64,000 nucleotides of DNA from Rotaria socialis (Eukaryota): contig CAJNYD010000039.1 of the NCBI GenBank assembly GCA_905331295.1, positions 186,001 through 250,000 of the forward strand, written 5' to 3'. The translations under genes and the position numbers were made by a program. Under the pieces are notes generated by a model that ran no database searches, had not been told where the DNA came from, and saw nothing but the letters and a program-made list of their open reading frames with translations. The number at the start of each line of letters is the position of its first letter. Within the stretch, counting starts at the first letter, position 1. Positions 27,617-42,153 of the stretch are shown here, piece after piece.

Positions 27617-30600
27617 ATGAAAACAAGTGATGAGTTAGAAATTGAAAGACTTGTACAATGTGAACTTGATGCAATAAATCTTGATGATTCAATTGAAGAT
27701 CTTGTTGTTGATGGGGATGATGATGATGGTGACGATGACGATCGAAAATATTCAACAGAAGTAGAAGATGAACAAGAAATTAATGAAACAAGACGAAATT
27801 TAGAACGTGATATGCATGAAAGATTAGCAGCATTTGAAAATGAAGTAAAAACTAATCTTGACCGATATGATATTGATTATTCAGAAATTGATGAATTATT
27901 ACAAAAACCTACTGGCACCTATGAAAATGATATTCAAACAAATGTTGCACGGGAGTGTGGAATCGAACGGGAAGAATTGGAAAGAGTAAATAAAACGATG
28001 AATTACCATTTTTTGTTTTTGAAAAGAAAAACGTACACTTGAAATTTAGATTTTACAAAATATAAATACGGAAGACGCCTCATTAGATTCAAGCATCGAT
28101 TCAGATTCATCAGAGTATAATGATTCAAAAATTGAAATCATAAAGCAAAATTTAACTACGATTGACACTGACAAAGTAATGCCTATTTGAGATGCGAAAA
28201 TTGAATAAAATTATATATTTATTCTAGTCAGTGGAAATAACAACTCGAGAAGAAGAGAGAGAACAAGAAGATCCGAACAAAAAGCTTTACGACGAACGTC
28301 TTGCTGAATCTCATCGTCGTATGCTTGATGAATTGGCATTACTTGATCAACGACGAAAAGTAAGTTTAACCGTTTGAGAAACAATCTGCTTTGAATGCGA
28401 TATATGAATACTGAAAACAAGCCGGAATTTACTTGAATAAAGAGACACAGCGAACTCGTATAAATATTGTTCGTGTTTCTTATAATCTAATCGAAGATCC
28501 AAGGAAATTGTCAGAGAACTAGAAAGGAATGAATTTCCGCAATTAATAGTATTTGTCACGGTTTATAGGACATCCGTGTGTTCATCATTGTTTAAACGTT
28601 TAATTAATTTTCTCTTGTATTTGAAAATATTTAGGAAGAAGAAGAACGTTACGCTATTGTTCTTCAAGATCAACAAGCACGTTTAGCTGAAGAATATCAT
28701 CGTTTTCAAGTGCGAATAATCTATTGTATCCATTTATTTTCCTAATATTCAAAAGAGTTTGCTTTTCATAGGAGACACTAGATGAAAGTGCCCGACAGAC
28801 TCGTAATGAAAAACTTCAGTTTGAAACATTATGTCGTGAACAAGATCGTTTGACGAATGATCGACAAATTAAAATGGCAACTCTTATCCAAGCATGGTAT
28901 CGAGGAAAACGGTAAAGTTAAATAAATCGTACATGGAATTAAGAAAACAAAGTGATATATTATCATATTTCAGTATCTATCGTCAATATCATGGGGAAAT
29001 ATTGAAACGTGCAGCACCAACATTAAGAACCATAGCTAAAAAGCGTAAGAAGAAAGAACAAGAATTAGCTAATGCTGCTAAGTTAGCAAAAATTCAAGAG
29101 GAAAAAAGAATTGAAAAAGAAACCGAACAAAACGTTGAAACAAATTCAATACCATTACCAATCGACAATATTATATCGTCTCCATTACCGGATACTACCA
29201 ATAAAAAGTTAAATCAACTTCCGAGAGTTCCATCATCAACAGAAACAAGTAAACGAAGAACATTGATTTATTTGATTTTTCAATTTGATTTTGATTTTCT
29301 AGAAGAAATAATTCCACCAAAAGAAAATACAATTAAAAAAAAGAATATTCAACCAAAACCACAAATTGTATCAAAACAAACTTCAAGGTTGAAAATTATT
29401 TCTTTATTTATTCATTTAATTTTTACCATATTTCATTTCAGTTCAATATTACCAACAACTCAAATACTTCAACTTGAAAATCCAATTGACTTCATTCCAA
29501 CAATTATTCCAAATCAAAGAGCTATTTCATCACCTCGTAAAATTCAAATAGAAAATAATAATAACAATACAGCACATCAAATTCCACCACCACCACCAAT
29601 TCAAACTAAAGAACAACGACCAAAATCATCCAATAAGCGTCAACCTTCAGCGAGAAATGACCGGACACAAAAGTAGATAATCAATAATATGAACAGTATT
29701 ACAAATTTGCTTTCATAATTTTAGCGATTTACCGCCAACCACTGGAAATATTTCAATCACTGAACAGTTGAGTACGACTCTGATCGAATCAAGTATTTCC
29801 TCAACATCAATGATACGATCGAATACATTCGAAAAAAAACCTGAAAGTTCACGACTACCAATTGAAACTATTTCGACTCCACCCAAGTCAATATATCGAT
29901 CTGATACATTTCACAAAGACAGAGACACTCATTCATCGTCACCGCAACCACCAATCATTAAATCAATAGATATAACTTCATCCATATCGATAAGTCGATC
30001 GAATACATTTGTTGATAAACTCGAACGATCTCCGTCACCACCCATTGAAAAAATTACATCCATAGACATAAAACATCAATCTAATGGGTATAGTAATAAT
30101 GATGATGATAGTGTTTCATCGTTCAATGAACAAATACCAATTAGAAATTCTATCGATACAGTACCAATAGAACTTCCGAGGACATTAAAACAATCTGAAA
30201 TAATCTCAGCTAAACCCGATATTCCTATAACACCGAGAATCTCAACGGCTCGTAAGATATCGAAAGAAGAACAACATCCACCTAAAAAATTGAATAAATT
30301 TTTAAATGAAGCGCGTTGTTGGGCTGAAAATACTCGTGATGTAACTTATTCGAATCTTATTCTCTCAACTGAAGAAAACATTCAACAACATCCAACGCGT
30401 AAAACAGGTGTAAATCTTCGAAAACTGCCTGATATTGATACTCAAGTATTAGCAAAAGCAACTAAAAATCAACCTTCAAAACAGGTATAGAAAAAATTTC
30501 TAGATTATAAAAACAAAAAATAACCAATAGCGATTTGCATTTTCAAGATTCATTATTTACTTATTGAGCAACTTCTTACTCCGTGTTCATTATCTTTAAT

Positions 30601-33078
30601 TGGTACGACATATCCAAGTTTAACTCATCTTGTTCTTCGTCAATGTAAACTTGTACAGCTTGTTGGTCTCGAATCATGTAAATTACTAACTGTTCTTGAC
30701 GTACAGGTATTTTCTGAAAATTCAAAAACACAACAAAATGCCCATCCTATTGGAAATTCTATTTTTTATTTCAATAGGGAAATTGGCTGGAGCAAATTCA
30801 TATTCAATTAAATCATCTAGAATATTTAAATATGTCTCGAAATCGTATTACATCGCTACTCTCAATGAATACTCCAAATTTAAAATATCTTGATGTATCA
30901 AAAAATCGTTTAACACGTTTGAATGGAATTGAAACATTGAAGAATTTAAATATTCTTCGTGCTACAAGTAATCAACTATTAACAACAATTGGTTTACAAG
31001 GCTGTACTAATCTATTACATATTGATCTATCCGATAATCATCTTGTTGAAATGGAACAAATCGATCAATGTCCATTATTAATTACAATAAAAGCAAGTTC
31101 AAATGCTGTTATACAAATACCAAATCTTTTAAATGCTATTTTACTGAATGAACTTGATCTTTCATCGAATAGTTTAACTTCGTTTGATGAATTATCTATT
31201 GGATCATGGTTACCATTTTTAACACATCTTCGTTTATCAAATAATAATTTACAAGAATTATCATCAATTAAATTGCCATCATTAGTCGAACTTGATCTTG
31301 GATTTAATCAAATATCGGGTAAGAATATTTCAATAGAAAAACGAATTTTTATATCAGACGTTTTCTGTCGATTATAGATGTAACAACGTTAGAATGCTTT
31401 GTAAAAGATTGTGCGTTGTTGTCTCGTCTTAATTTAGAACAAAATCCTGTTCTATGTGATATAACAGATTCATCATCGTTGATTAAAGAGAAATCGCCTT
31501 GTGAAAATCCAATATCCATTTTACCGCAATCATTAAATGAAAAATCATCCCAATCAATTCAATTGTATTTAGATTTCCTTGCAAATATAACTTCAATATT
31601 CATAAGACTTCGTCAAACCATCGAACAACATCAAATCGAACCTTTTAATCTATTGAAATCAATTCATACTCGATGCCAACAATATTATGAACAGAAAATA
31701 ATAGAACCAATGGAAATCTTCGAACCAATTATTCCTGATAATAATTTGAAGAGTAATTTTTTCAGCTGTTTGAAAATAAAATTTTTCTTTCTCTTTTCTT
31801 TTAGTACTTTCAGTTCAAGAACAAAGTGTCATTCGATTACAAGCACATTGGCGTCGTTGGTTAGTCGAACGAATATTATTTCGAAAATGGCGAGCTGCTC
31901 AAAAGATTCAAGCTTGTTGGCGAGGTTATGCAGTACGTAAACGTATGCGTAATGTTCGATGTTTATTTAGTCAACAACAGCAGACATTTGATGAAGTTGA
32001 TTTAAGTCAATTTGATTTCGATGAAGTAAAATATGATTTTTTTTAAAGTTAATTAATCGCTGATTAATGTTTTTCACAGGCAGCTTTTGATGCACGTTTC
32101 CAACGACCACGCACACCAACGACTCGTGTTCGACAAGGATGGCAATCTCAATCTAAAGTCGTTGCAAAAACTACGATGATAACAGAATTACCTCGTCCGA
32201 ATTCTTCTCGTTCGTCATCAGCAGCTTCATCACGCGCTAAACCAATCGTAGAACCATTGTCGATACAAGCTCGAACTAATCTCATCACAGATGAATGGGG
32301 TTTTTCACCTTCAAGTTCAACAGCAGCACTCATGTTAAAACGAGCAGAAAAAATGAAATGGAACTCAGAACGAAAACATAAACGAGAACATATGGGTTTG
32401 TTTGAATTACATAGATTTTATAGAAAAATGCGATATTTTCCCATCTATTAGATGCTTATCAACGTTTACAAATAGCACGACAAAGTGAACTACCACCTGG
32501 TTCACTACGATTGGCTCGACGCCAACCAGCATTAGCACATGCTACAAAATCGATTGCACATACAAAAAGTATTAATTGTTTTTAACTATCATTTATGATT
32601 ACACGATGATCTCTCCATCTCTTTTAGCTTTGTCTCCTCCTGCCACATCTCAATCTCGTGGAAACCGTGTCTTCGAATGGGTACATACTCAAGTAGCTCG
32701 ATTCGACGAGTAAGAACCAAATTATAATTATATCAACAAAAAATGTCCTATCTGATATAAATAAATAGTTCTTCGGTGGTAAGTAGTAATAGTCCAAGAA
32801 ATGAACGTAAACGTTTACCAAGTCTTGATGGTTCAACTGATTCAATGAACGTAAATATTTTTTTGAGAAAACTATTCACAAGGAAATTCAATTGTTGATT
32901 TTTAGCGAATGCGTTCAAGTGAAGCCTCACAACAGCAACAACGATGGTCTTCTTCAACAGGTAACAACAATTTTTTAGTCATAAAAGTTGTTTTAAGTAT
33001 ATTTACTTTTCTATAGTATCTATTCGTCATCCGCCGCCATTGTTGCCACCTATCAATGGACATTTACCACGCGTTTAA
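27617..33078 (+). CDS. LRRIQ1: Leucine-rich repeat and IQ-motif protein, LRRIQ1-like, multi-exon
   Basis: Acidic coiled-coil N-terminus; IQ motifs IQAWYRGKR, LQAHWRRWLVER and IQACWRGYAVRK; SDS22-like LRR block at 30832-31450; C-terminal EWGF motif; stop at 33076-33078. Confidence 0.75.
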
Positions 33079-33418
33079 TTTTCAGAACAAAGTTCCGGGT
33101 CAGATTGTTGAAGTTTATAAATTATTTTTTAAAATAAAATATTTTGTTTTAAATGTCATGATTTATACAGAAATCTATCTTATTTTATAAATGAAAATAT
33201 TAAATTATAGTAATCTTGTACGTTAAAGATTGCTAATCAAAAGATTTAAATGAGTTTTTCATCAGAGACCGACATCTATGAAAGAAAACCTTCATTCGTT
33301 TTTTCGTCATTTCCAAGAGTGACCTGCTTATTTTTTTTTATGGCGCCTGATGATTATATAACTACAGTTATCTTTCAATCTTACATAGCATAAACTAACT
33401 TCACGAACATACACAATC

Positions 33419-33703
33419 ATGACAAAAACAGCCATATGGAATGGTCAAATTCTTGCTGAAAGTGACAAAACAGTTGTCGTAGAAAATAATCATTATTTTC
33501 CAGCTGATTCAATTAAAAAAGAATTCTTCCAAGATTCGAATACACATACAACATGTGGATGGAAAGGTGTTGCATCATATTACACAATTGTTGTCGATGG
33601 TAAAGAAAATAAAGATGCAGCTTGGTATTATCCCAATACAAAAGAAGCAGCAAATAATATCAAAGGCTATATTGCATTTTGGAAAGGTGTTAAAATTCAA
33701 TGA
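33419..33703 (+). CDS. DUF427 (NTP_transf_9) family protein, intronless
   Basis: AIWNG..LAESD.TVVVENNHYFP, T.CGWKG.ASYY, N.DAAWYYP, IKGYIAFWKGV. Confidence 0.92.
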   Translation: MTKTAIWNGQILAESDKTVVVENNHYFPADSIKKEFFQDSNTHTTCGWKGVASYYTIVVDGKENKDAAWYYPNTKEAANNIKGYIAFWKGVKIQ

Positions 33704-33777
33704 ATATTTATTTATTTATCTTAATTAACTTTTCGCATTCCCTGAGATTATAAAATAAACTATACAAGTAGAAAAAC

Positions 33778-36124
33778 TTAATTGTCTGATACGGTCTTTT
33801 TCTTGTTTTCTTTCCATGCAAAATGATCACATCGAGCTTGAGGATTGTTAGAGGCACCATTAGCACGTGAACATACATAGAAGTATCGTCCCCAATTATT
33901 GGATGACGTATCTTTGACCTGACGTATGACACAACGTTCTTTATGACCAGAACAAAATGGTGGTGGAGTTGGAGGGCGAAAGATTTGATTCCATGTAGCT
34001 GTTTTCTTTGGTTTTTCAGCTATTTCATCGTTTGATAAATTAATAACTTCCGTATTCTTTAATACAAATGCAGATGAAAAAACGTAATATACTAACAAAT
34101 GAAATATACTTTAGCTGGTGGATTGTCGGAAGCACACGGACGAGGAGAAACGACAATTTTTGGTTGAGAAGTTCGTTTAAAATGTTGAAAAAGTGATGAT
34201 TGATCTGATTTCACTTTTTTTAATGGAGGCTTTACAATTGGTTTTCGTTGTATTATCATTGACGTCTCTTTAACTTCTTCAATTGGTGGATTAGTCTATA
34301 AATACAAAAAATCGATAGCCTTGCTTGAGTTCTTCTTAAAACTATTCATCAGTAAAGTCAATCATTTCGAACGTCATTTATATCAAAGAAACTGTCTGCC
34401 TGAATGATTAAAAATCATGTTAGTTTTCTGGCAATATCTGATGAGAGAATCACCAGCATAGATAATTCCTGTGTGAATTCATAAATAGATCAAATAATTC
34501 TTAGAATATCTCGAAAATTTCGAACGACTTCAAGAGTTCAATGCTTTCAGAAATCAACAATCAGTCCTAGTCGTTCTTAAATCTCTTAGATTGGAATCAT
34601 TACAAAATGGAAAAATACTACTAAGCTGTTTTTATCGGGTAACAAATATCGTGATCATTCTCAGTATGATAGATTTACTTTTGCTAGACTTGTTTCGGCT
34701 TCGACATCTGTCTGTTTGCTTGCTACTTTTATTTCATTTGTTTGTTGTTTTCTAAAACGAAGTGAAATTAATTCACATGAAAATCTCCTCTACTTAGTCA
34801 TATATTCCTTACTTATCACCATCTACGTCAATTTCTTCATCGCGCATTCGTTTCTTTTTAATCATAAATTGATTTAATTTCATTTGCGTACCTTTAAATT
34901 CTGACCAAAATTTTGTACAAATAGAAGGTGGTTTTGCTGCTGAACGATCACTAAATATAAAATTAAATTCTCCAATAACTGGACAATGATCACTGGATTC
35001 AATTTCAATCCGGTGTTGACAATCAACAAGATGTGATTTCGATACAGCACCGTCACAGAAAATATAATCAATTCGTACACCGTAATTATTCACTCGAGCA
35101 TTCGACAATGTTTCCCAGCATGTATAAGCTTCACGTTGATCTGGATGTAAATAACGAAATGTATCAATAAAAATATTATTCTCAATAAATTTTGAAAACC
35201 AAAGACGAGATGGACTAGAAATAAAATACTAAATCAAAGAACAAATAAAAACAATGTTAGAAATCACTATTTTTAAATTCACATTAATATCGTCTCCTGG
35301 ATTACATGTATCAATTGGTTTATGAGATACGTTGAAATCACCAACGACAATAACGCGACTATAACAAGTAAACGAATCTACGTGTAAATGAATATACAAA
35401 AACAATAACATACCAGCCACGTTCTAAAAAGCATTTAGCACGTTGTTCGATTGCTGAGAAAAAGTTCAATTTATAAGTTAATCGTTCAGGTTTTTCTCTA
35501 TCAACACGAGGACAATAAACATTGATTAGAGCAAGACTTGTACCATCTCTATCACAAGAAACGAAAGAATAATCAAAAGAAAGCTTTATAATTTCCTTTT
35601 TTTATTTACTCGAGTTCATGCTCAGTCATGATGGCACGACCTTCTCTATCAATAGCTAAAAGATCATTCTCATCCATCGATGGATATTCGCCACCTAAAC
35701 TATCATCAAGATTTGAATGTAATTTTCCAGCAAGTCCTATAAACTAACAGAATATTCAAATCATATAAACACGTATGACTGTTTTTAATATACCTTCTTC
35801 GGCTCGAATTGGTGTTAGCGAAGTTTTGCAAAAGATAGCTACACCGGAATAGCCTTCTCGCAATCGAGACCAACTATAAAATGTATGATAACCATCTATT
35901 CGAGCATATGTTTCAGCAAGTGCTTGACCTATGATGATATTTGAAGTATAAAAAATTCTAATTCTAATATATAGAAAGTCTTTCAATATCAAAATGATTG
36001 AAAACTTACGAGTGACTTTTGTTTCTTGAAAACAAATTATATCAGAATCAAGTTGTTCAAGTACATTTCTCAATGGTTGTCGCAATGAACGAAGACCATT
36101 AATATTCCAAGAACAAATGCGCAT
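33778..36124 (-). CDS. APEX2: AP endonuclease 2 (ExoIII domain, PIP box, GRF zinc finger), multi-exon
   Basis: MRICSWNINGLR, CFQETK, GYSGVA, NVYCP, GDFNVSH, YTCW, RIDYI, SDHCPV; PIP-like QSSLFQHF near 34180-34205; GRF finger CSGH...GRYFYVC...RCDHFAW. Confidence 0.93.
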
Positions 36125-36745
36125 CTAAAAACGAAGAAACATCTGTCGTGTTCGAGTCTCTAACACCTGTTACATGACAAGTTGGCGTATTTTACTATCA
36201 ATGTTAGAGGTAAGAGTTTCTGGAAGTGAAAGTGGAATAAGTACTCGCAGTTTGCCAATGGGCTTTTTTTAGTAAGAGAAAACATTACATTTTTCAACAA
36301 TGCATCGGAACAATGAATCATAATGGTATCATCGCTGAATAAATATCGAAAAGAGAGAAGATTTCGAAACGTCAAACAGCAGAGTGTTAATCCATTGTTT
36401 ACCTCTGGCAGTTAATTAAATCAAACATAACTTTTACTAGTAGAGTATTATTATGGCTATGAAGATTATTATGAAAATGAATAGGCTTTTTTCTTTTTTC
36501 TCTAATGAAGAAATTTCCAAGAAGATGTCGCTAACAATGTTCCTGTTGTAATTTTCAAGTAACGAAGAAATAGTAAACAACAACAAACATGCTTTCCTCT
36601 TCACCTCGTTCTCTTTCCCATTCAAAAATACATGAATCAAGCCATTTAAAATCAAGATTAATTTTGCTTTTTAGTCAATAAATTTCTGAAGCATTTACTT
36701 TTTGACTTAGATTTTGTTTTACCTTTCTTCTAACACCATACAAGC

Positions 36746-37456
36746 ATGAATGAGAACGGTGCATTAACAAAACGAATCGTTAAGGTCAGATTTCCCAAGT
36801 CTCTCTTGTTCTTTTCCTATTCTATGAATAGTTTTTTTTTTCAGGAAAGTGCTCGTTTACAACAAGAACCAGTACCAGGCATAGATGCCATAGTTGATGA
36901 ACATAATCCTCGCTATTTTAAAGTAATCATTGATGGACCCAGTGAAGTATGTTCATGTGTGAATTATACTTGTATAAATTAATTATACTTGTATAAATTA
37001 ATTATACCATATTTAATTTAGAGCCCATACGAAGGTGGTAAATTCAAAGTAGAATTATTTTTACCTGATGAATATCCAATGGCACCACCAAAAGTTCGTT
37101 TTATGACCAAACTTTATCATCCAAATATTGACAAATTAGGTCGAATTTGTCTTGATATTCTTAAAGGTATTCAAATATGTTTTATGAGTATAATTGTCAT
37201 TTGGATTATTTTTTTCTAGAAAAATGGAGTCCTGCTTTACAAATTCGTACTGTTCTTTTGTCAATTCAAGCATTATTAAGTGCCCCGAATCCAGATGACT
37301 TTTTAGATGCTGACGTGGCTGAAAAATGGAAAGCTGATGAAAAAGGAGCAAAAGCTATGGGTAAAGAAATTGAATCATCTCTATATTATTATGAAATAAT
37401 TTATATTTGTTTGTTTAGCTCGTGATTGGACTCAAAGATACGCACATGAAACTTAA
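36746..37456 (+). CDS. UBE2N: Ubiquitin-conjugating enzyme E2 N (Ubc13), 5 exons
   Basis: EPVPGI...[78 protein letters not shown]. Confidence 0.95.
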
Positions 37457-38139
37457 AACAATAAAATTAATTTTTTATTTATTTAAATTCGTCGAATCTT
37501 ATTTAACAAAAAAAACATCCGAAAAATAGGATGGTGAAAAATTATTCTTTTTGTATGTTTCTCCTTGCGCATGTTCATAGTCTCTTTTTCGTCTTGTCTT
37601 TTTCTATTTGTAATCAAGAGAAAAATACGCCTGAACCACAATATTGTTCTAAACTAACAGTTGTGTGTGTATTTGTGGCTGATCTTTTATTTCGATAAGA
37701 AAGAAAATATCACGTACTTCTTTTCATTTTTCTTTTAGTTATTATCATTCAAATATTTGCATGTGAAAAGTAACTCAACAAAGTAAAAGAACAGAGAAGT
37801 TATATCATTATTGCATAGAGGAACACTAAGAACAGGCGCGAGCCACAAATAAATAGGCCGCTCGATGTGCACAGAACTTTCTTTTTTTTCTTATGTGTTT
37901 GGTAAAGATAAACGGTTGTTGCATGAGAATGTGAATAAATCATTCAACTCATGTCTACGACATATTCATAGTTGATATTAGATCAAAACATGTATATTCA
38001 ATTCTTGTTCTTTTACAGAAAATAACTTCATTGATCAACTAGTATTTCATTTCTATATACAGTAATGTATTTTTTTTTTCATTTCAAGATAAATCAAAAA
38101 TATTAAACGATGTTTTAAATCTAAAACAATGAATTAATT

Positions 38140-40860
38140 ATGCGATCATTAATCAATCGATTAGCCTTTACTAAAATGCGCCGTTTACCTGAATTCTTAA
38201 TATTATCTTTCTTTTTAATTGCTATTTTCACCATTAGCTTGAAATGGCCATCATCATCACCATCGAAATCAAGAATAACTGATAATAATAATAATAATAA
38301 TAAATATCCAAATATTAAACTGAATAATATATTTACCAATCCATTTTTGCTAAAAGATAAATTTTTTTATCGAGGCAATGATAGAATGATAGAGAAGGAA
38401 ATTATTCCTGGCCTACCTGATTTAGACAAATATATACATCTTGACTTGAAAGGTGCACCACCAAAAGCAAATAAATTTTATGAACCATTTTTTAATTTTA
38501 TTGATAAAATACAAATGGGTGTGAAAGGTATTGTAATTGAATATGAAGATATGTTACCGTTAAATGGTAGATTTGCTAACGTAAGCTAACAATTATAAAT
38601 GAAATATCCATAATTGAGGAAAAATTCGTTTTCTTCTTTCTCTTTTTATCAAGGCTACCAATCGACTTGCTTATAAAAAATCTGATATTGAATTGATACA
38701 AACAGCAGCTAAAAATCATCAACTTAAAGTTATTCCTTTGATACAAACATTTGGTCATCTTGAATGGTTACTTAAATTACAAGAATTTGAATTGTATCGT
38801 GATGATATTGCATTGCCTATGGCTATATCACCATGTATTGATTCAACATACGTGTTACTTGAAGGTGATACTGTTCGTAGGAATTAGTTCCATTGAAAAG
38901 AATATTATTTTTAAGATCTGCTACAACAAACTCTTGATATGCATCCCGATAGTGACACGATTCATATTGGTTGTGATGAAGTTATATTAACAAATTCTCA
39001 TCCGCAATGCCAACAAGCATGGGCTGATGTACCCGAACGATATATTACGTAAGAAAAGATAAGATAAAGGGATAAAATAGACAAATTACTATTTTTTTTT
39101 TGTTTAATTTTTGAAGCCATGTCAAAAGAGTCGTTGGCATTGTTCGAAAAATTCGACCACAAATACGAATACTTATATGGGATGATCTTATTCGTAGTGA
39201 TCAATTTATTTACAGTGAAAAATTGGTAAGTATGCTACAAGAAAATGAATGTATCGTGGTTCGTACGAAGAAAATATTAAATAGTATTTTGGAATCTAAA
39301 AAATATTTAACCATGATGTTTTTTTTGCTAGTCTTAATAATGAAAAATTCTAGTTCTAGAAACAAAACATAGCTGAATTCCACCAAGCGGTATTCTCTGT
39401 CAGTTCATATTTGCTAAATTTATTATTCATCCGTCAATGGTCCTTGGAAAATTCTAGAATTGCAACAGAATGAAATCAAATTTTCACTATCTTAGGACAT
39501 GATAATTACTAAAGCCTTGACTATACGTTTGCCAAGCGCTATGTTGATAATCAAATAGACATATGGAACTGCTTTCAGCACTAGACAAAAGAAAAACAAT
39601 TACAGCCCGTAGTGACGTGATTCATAGTGCTAATATATGTGAAGCATTGAATGACGGCTGCTTTTATTTAAGACTTAACTGATCATTTTCATGTTTGAAT
39701 AAGTTTTCTTCGCAATAGAATTTATTCGAGCAACATTTTAAACTAGACTAAAATATTTATATTGGCTTATACAGATATATCTGTTTTATTTTCAGTTAAA
39801 CCAATTAAAAGGTCTTGTTGAGCCCGTCGCTTGGCATTATCGTACAAAATTTGAAGACTCTTATATATTTTCACCTGCTTGGGATATCTACTCAAGATTA
39901 TTTACTAATACATGGACAGCAAGTGCATTTAAAGGTGGCCTCAATCGTTATTCTATGCAAACAAATGCAACACATCATACATTAAATAATTATGCATGGT
40001 TAAGCTTGATGAATTCATTTTCAAATCAAAAAAATAAATCGATTTATGGTATTATATTAACTGGTTGGTCACGTTTTGATCATTTTATGCCATTGTGTGA
40101 TTTATTACCAACAGCTTATGTTTCTCTTATCAGTAGTTTACATGTAATTAATACAGGCAAATTTATTCTAAATGATTATACAAATGATTGTTATGAATTA
40201 ATGAATTCAATTGGAAAAGATTCACGATTATGTCAATCATTACCAGGTTATAAAATAGTCTTAAAATAAACAATAATAGACGCTTGCTTATTATTATGCG
40301 AGACATGAGCTAAAAAGAGTGATCAGGCAGAGCAGTCGAGTACCATTTTGGTCGAATAGATCTAGACAAATCTTTTTCCAGATTTGAAGCATACTACATC
40401 CTAGATAAATATTTCCAGTTACATCAGTTCATTTGGGAAATCGATAATTAGCATAATCTTGAGTTCTCTTCTTACTCGTATCGTATTTCATATTCTTTTG
40501 ATTGTTTTGTTAGGTTTTTCCATTTGGTCAGGTATTTCATCGTTATCATTATCGTTATCACAAATTGAAGATCGTTTAACATTTCTACATACTGTAGCAC
40601 CACCGTATAATCGAAAACATTTATTCGTACGTCGTTATGAACTTGATACACGTTTAAATGAATTAGAAATGTTAAAAAATGATTTATTATCAATTATACA
40701 ATTATTAAATAATAATTTAAGTGATCTTTATTCATTAGATGTTATCGATGAATGGTTTAACCTCTATTTATCGCCTATATTAGGACGCATTAATACCACT
40801 CTGATTGAGTTTTCACCTGTACGTAATCAAAAAACATGGCCACGACGTCCGTTGATCTAG
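38140..40860 (+). CDS. HEXD: GH20 hexosaminidase D-like with N-terminal membrane anchor, multi-exon
   Basis: IHLDLKGAPP, IEYEDMLP, IPLIQTFGHLEW, catalytic HIGCDEV, ASAFKG, ILTGWSRFDH, and terminal WPRRPL. Confidence 0.9.
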
Positions 40861-41222
40861 TCGCATATTTTCCTACGCTGATCTCAGTTTTTTTTTGTTT
40901 TTATTTTCTTTCTTTTCTTCTTGTTTATAACGCTAATGAATTTCTTCTATTTATGCATATCTAATCAGTTTTGTGGTTTTTACTACATTTCTAAGTAATG
41001 ATTCAATTTTGTTTTTTACTTCGATGATTTCAAATGTTCATTTACTATCAATGATAATCGACATAATAAATGATTGGGTGTTTTTTTAATATTAAGATTT
41101 ATAATAAAAATCTATTTAAGTCAATTAAAACTTGTAGTTAAATGCTTGATAAATTTTTAGGAAAGTACCATTCTGCTATCGATTTAAATTACTATGTTCA
41201 TACATTCAAGTACAAGGCTATC

Positions 41223-41401
41223 CAGGGGTATCCCGAAGCTCCCAACTTTCGGGGAGGAGGAGGGTGGGAGTACAAGACATTTTTTCAAGAAAATCCTGCA
41301 GAAAATGTGTAAAATCTTGAAAGAAAAATGTTTTTTTGCTTGTAGAAATAATCTTTTTTAATGACTAGGGGGAGGGGGCGGGGGCGGTCGGGACACCCCT
41401 G
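41223..41401. mobile_element. Short hAT-like MITE
   Basis: TIRs caggggtatcccga / tcgggacacccctg; eroded 8-bp flanks aggctatc / tgggtatt. Confidence 0.7.
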
Positions 41402-42153
41402 TGGGTATTGAACCTACCACTCAGCATTTATGTACTTATGCAATCTGTAACAATTAACTGAACTTCATATCAGACATTCTTGAGGATAAGTGCAGTAACA
41501 ACGATGTGATCTTCACAGAAGCTTTAGGATAAGGCTTTTACAACTAAAATTATATAACAAAAAAAAAAAAGAAATTAAATACAGTAACAAATGAGAAACT
41601 TAACGACCTAATTCATTCGTTGTTGTCCTTTCTATGAAACAAACCATTAACAAAAAATTCACCAACCAAAAACAAACTCGCAGACAACCAAACAAATCTC
41701 TCAAACTATTCATAGATACCAGGCAACAACCAAGAGTTGACGCATATGCTATTGAATATGACATACCAGAGCCCACAGCAATAACCATGATGAGAAAATA
41801 GTTCAAAGAAATATAGAGAACCATCTTGCTTGGAATTATATGATTTAAGACGTTTTGAACGTTTTGAGTTCATCTACATACCGAATCTCAGCATATATAA
41901 GCACTGAACCGAGAAGAACCATTAGTCACCTTAATCAAAACGGGATTGTTTACGATCCGAATACGTGCGGAAAATATTGTTTACGAAGAATGGGCTACGT
42001 TGTAGTATCATTAAATAGAAGAATCTTTATAAACTGAAATGACGCGCTACTTTAAAAGCGATCGGACTTATTACAGTATATATCTGAAACATTTAATAGA
42101 ATTTGAATTTTATTTCGTACATTGCAAGAAAATAAACTGTATTAAGGTCTGTT

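Noticed and set aside
33419..33703. Bacterial contaminant sequence
   Set aside because: Contiguous with intron-containing animal genes, with matching base composition and no N nearby.
39350..39583. MITE in a HEXD intron (also 40291-40458 and SUGP1 intron 24555-24970)
   Set aside because: These introns are unusually long with weak inverted ends, but TIRs and TSDs are too degenerate to support a call.
41398..41425. Second tRNA-like B box (ggttcaatacc on the minus strand)
   Set aside because: It overlaps a MITE end and has no A box or cloverleaf; probably chance.
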